Shown here piece after piece: positions 61,053 to 64,000 of a stretch of 64,000 nt of DNA. How positions within the stretch are numbered: the first letter of the stretch is position 1; every line of letters starts with the position of its first letter. Where the stretch lies: contig NC_043011.1 in assembly GCF_006345805.1 (NCBI RefSeq), positions 52,960,464 through 53,024,463 of the forward strand, read 5' to 3'. A model generated the notes under the pieces. It saw only the letters and a program-made list of their open reading frames with translations, did no database searches and was not told the DNA's origin. Source of the DNA: Octopus sinensis (Eukaryota). A program made the position numbers and the translations under genes.

Positions 61053-64000
61053 CATACCGTTAACAGGTGTTTTTTTATGAGACACAGGGGTCACTGATGG
61101 AGTATTCGGTTGCAACATGCCGTTACTCAGCTGTAGTACGGCATTTGGGGTTTGAGATGGCGGAATGGGATCGTTGTCCGATGAAGAATCAGAATCATCA
61201 CTACTGCTAGAAGAATCCTTCTTACTTGCTAACCCAGATGTCTCCAATGCAATTTGAGAATCCTCAATAACTGTTATCTCAGGAGAATTACTACTTCCAG
61301 AACTAATCTTACCATTTTGCATCGCTGAAGCTTTCTTAAGCTGACTGGGTATGTTTTTACTTAGTGAACACTTTTTAGAATCTTCCTCTGAACTAGAATT
61401 ACTGTCTGAGCTGCTGTCTTGCACATTGACATTCTTAGATATGGGAGTGGATTGAAATAATAGAGTTTTGATAGATATATCATTAGTATTTTCTAAACTA
61501 CTTTTGTTCAGTTCTTTCTTTTGTTCCAACGTTTTATCTTCTGAATTGGTCAAAGTTCTAAGCACTGACACCGGAGTGTGTTTTTGACTTATAGGAATGT
61601 CATTATCATCCTCACCAGAACTGGAATTTGTTTCAGAAGAAACTGATTTTGAGTTGCTTGGCTCATTCGACAAACCTTTGTGTTTAGATGTTATTTTATT
61701 TTGAAGAGATTCTGAGGTGTGAGAAGAAATAGCACTAACAGGAGGATTTTGGCTTGGAACATTTTTTGTTACTATTTCAACTACCGAAGAAGAATCACTG
61801 TCTGAACTGTCTGATTTATGGTAAGAATTTGTGTCTGAACAGCTTTTTTCAGATTTAGAAGTTGGAGACTGAGAGGACTTTGAAGCAACTGGCAACTTAG
61901 AGGTAAAGGGAGATTTTACAGCACCTACTTTTGTGGTAGCTTCATCTTCAGATGAAGGGCTACGAGATGTAGAAGATGCTGCCTTAGCAGCCATGGGCTT
62001 ACTCTTTAGCGAAAGCTTGACAGTCTGGGACACTGGAGCTTTCTTGGGTTTGTTATCCTCTGAAGAATCACTGTCTGAGTCAGAAGACGAAGAGTCTGAT
62101 GAAGCTGCAGCCTTTGGGACTTTTGAAGCAACTGCTGCTTTCACAGGCGATTTTGAAGTGGGCACTGTTTTTGCACTGGGCTTTTGTGCAGTTTTCTTTT
62201 GCTCGTCTTCTGATGAGGAATCACTGTCTGAGTCAGAAGATGAGGAATCAGCCGCCGTGGCTTTTGTAGAGGGACCAGTTTTAGCTGGGGATTTCGAAGC
62301 AACTCCACCTTTAGCAGGAGGTTTTTGTGTTGTTTTCTTTGGTTCATCTTCTGAGGAATCACTGTCTGAGTCAGAAGATGATTCTGCAACTTTTCCTGAA
62401 ATTTTCGAAGCAACTTTTACCGGCGATTTTGCAACTGCTGTTGTTTTGGCTGCAGGTTTCTGTGTGGCTTTCTTTGGTTCATCTTCTGAGGAATCACTGT
62501 CTGAATCAGAAGATGAGTCTGAGGCTGCTGCTTTTCCTGGGGTCTTTGAAGCAACTGCTGGCTTTGTGGGGGTCTTTGAAGCAACTGCTGGCTTTGTGGG
62601 TGTTTTTGTGGCGGCTGCTGCTTTAACTGGAGATTTTGAAGTAACTGCTGTTTTCTTTGGCTCATCTGAAGAGTCACTGTCTGAGTCAGAAGATGAAGAG
62701 TTTTCTGCTGCTTTTACTGGTGGCTTTGAAGTAGCTGTTGCTGCTGCTGCTTTGGCAGAAGGCATCTGGGCGGTTTTCTTCGGCTCATCGTCAGAGGAAT
62801 CACTGTCTGAGTCAGAAGATGAGGAATCTCCTGCTGTTGTTGCTTTTGCTGGAGCTTTTGTAGCAGCAGCAGTTTTAACTGGAGTTTTTGAAGCAACTGC
62901 AGCATTGGCAGTGGGCTTTCCAGTAGCTTTCTTTGGCTCATCTTCTGAGGAGTCACTGTCCGAGTCGGAGGATGAAGATTTTGCTGCTGTGGATTTTGCC
63001 GGTGGCTTTGAAGCAACTGCTGTTTTAATTGGGGTTTTTAAAGTGGCTGCTGTTTTGGCAGTGGACTTCTGAGGGACTGTTTTCACCTCATCATCTGATG
63101 AATCACTATCAGAGTCAGATGATGACTCAGTTTCAGTCTTTTTTGCGGTTTTTGAAGCTACTACAGCTTTTCCTGGGGGTTTTGAAGCAACTGCAGATTT
63201 TCCTGGGGGTTTTGAAGCAACTGCAGATTTTCCTGGGGGTTTTGAAGCAACTGCAGCTTTTCCTGGGGTTTTTGAAGCAACTACAGCTTTTCCTGGGGTT
63301 TTTGAAATAGCTGGTGTTTTGGCTGTGGGTTTTGTAGTGGTTTTCTGTGGCTCATCATCTGAGGAATCACTGTCTGAGTCAGATGAACTTTCCGCTGCCT
63401 TTACTGGGGTTTTTGAAGCAGCTGTTGTTGCTTTGGCAGAAGGCGTCTGGGCGGTTTTCTTCGGCTCATCATCAGAGGAATCACTGTCTGAGTCAGAAGA
63501 TGAGGAGTCTCCTGCTGTTGCTTTTGCCGGAGCTTTTGTAGCAGCAGCAGTTTTAACTGGAGTTTTTGAAGCAACTGCAGCATTGGCAGTGGGCTTTCCA
63601 GTAGCTTTCTTTGGCTCATCTTCTGAGGAGTCACTGTCCGAGTCGGAGGATGAAGATTTTGCTGCTGTGGATTTTGCCGGTGGCTTTGAAGCAACAGGTG
63701 CGTTTCCCGGTGTTTTTAAAGTGGCTGCTGTTTTGGCAGTGGACTTCTGAGGGACTATTTTCACCTCATCATCTGATGAATCACTGTCCGAATCAGAAGA
63801 GGAGTCAGCAGCGGCTGCTTTTACTGGGGTTTTAGAAGCAACGGCTGCCTTTACTGGTGGTTTTGCAGTAGCCACTGTTTTGACAACTGCTTTTGATGTG
63901 GTCTCCTTCGGTTCATCCTCTGAGGAATCACTGTCCGAATCAGAAGAGGATTCTGCTACTGTTTTTACTGGAGTTTTAATAGCGCCAGGTGTTTTAATTG
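61053..64000 (-). CDS. NOLC1: Nopp140/NOLC1 central repeat exon (5'-incomplete, runs off the window edge)
   Basis: The frame is open from the window edge (IKTPGAIKTPVKTVAESSSDSDSDSSEDE...) to ...TPVNGM|gtaggt. It has 13 canonical SSSDSDSDSS(E/D)DE acidic blocks alternating with K/A/P/T-rich blocks. The N-terminal LisH region is not in the window. Confidence 0.9.
63151..63306 (-). repeat. Coding 30-nt tandem repeat, 5 units (10-aa unit ASK[T/P]PGK[A/S][A/V]V)
   Basis: Exact 30-nt periodicity, tttgaagcaactgcagattttcctgggggt. Confidence 0.95.

Noticed and set aside
61933-63750. Long plus-strand ORFs (379 aa, 143 aa) and short alternative-frame ORFs over NOLC1
   Set aside because: Antisense and frame shadows of the repetitive NOLC1 exon.
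63873-63875. Start codon assigned by the ORF track for the 944-aa ORF
   Set aside because: It is a GTG (Val) inside a frame that stays open to the window edge; the true start is outside the window.

Overview
AT-rich, intron-containing, very repeat-dense animal genomic DNA. The SINE families look like those I recall from Octopus, so a cephalopod origin is an inference, not a search result. Two convergent protein-coding genes are well supported by splice sites and recognisable domains. (1) A plus-strand lebercilin (LCA5-like) gene has four visible coding exons (2716-3186, 4345-4482, 7439-7636, 10242-11378; 647 aa from the ATG at 2716). (2) A minus-strand Nopp140/NOLC1 gene enters from the right edge: one large Ser/Asp- and Lys/Ala/Pro-repeat exon (61053->64000) plus two small exons (56853-56936, 55156-55308) encoding the SRP40-like C-terminal domain. 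The ~44 kb between them is mostly tRNA-derived SINEs, RTE-type tails, MITEs (hAT, mariner, pogo, piggyBac-type), decayed Tigger, Helitron, L1/Tx1, CR1, R4-like and Penelope fragments, and kilobase-scale compound microsatellites. There is no CRISPR, rRNA or convincing tRNA gene. The best leads are a minimal hammerhead-like motif in a Penelope-type repeat, a possible unannotated plus-strand transcription unit in the gap, structured islands in the NOLC1 intron, and several fold-back or higher-order repeat architectures. I cannot demonstrate a wholly new biological system from the sequence alone. Repeat boundaries are approximate unless a TSD or TIR is quoted.
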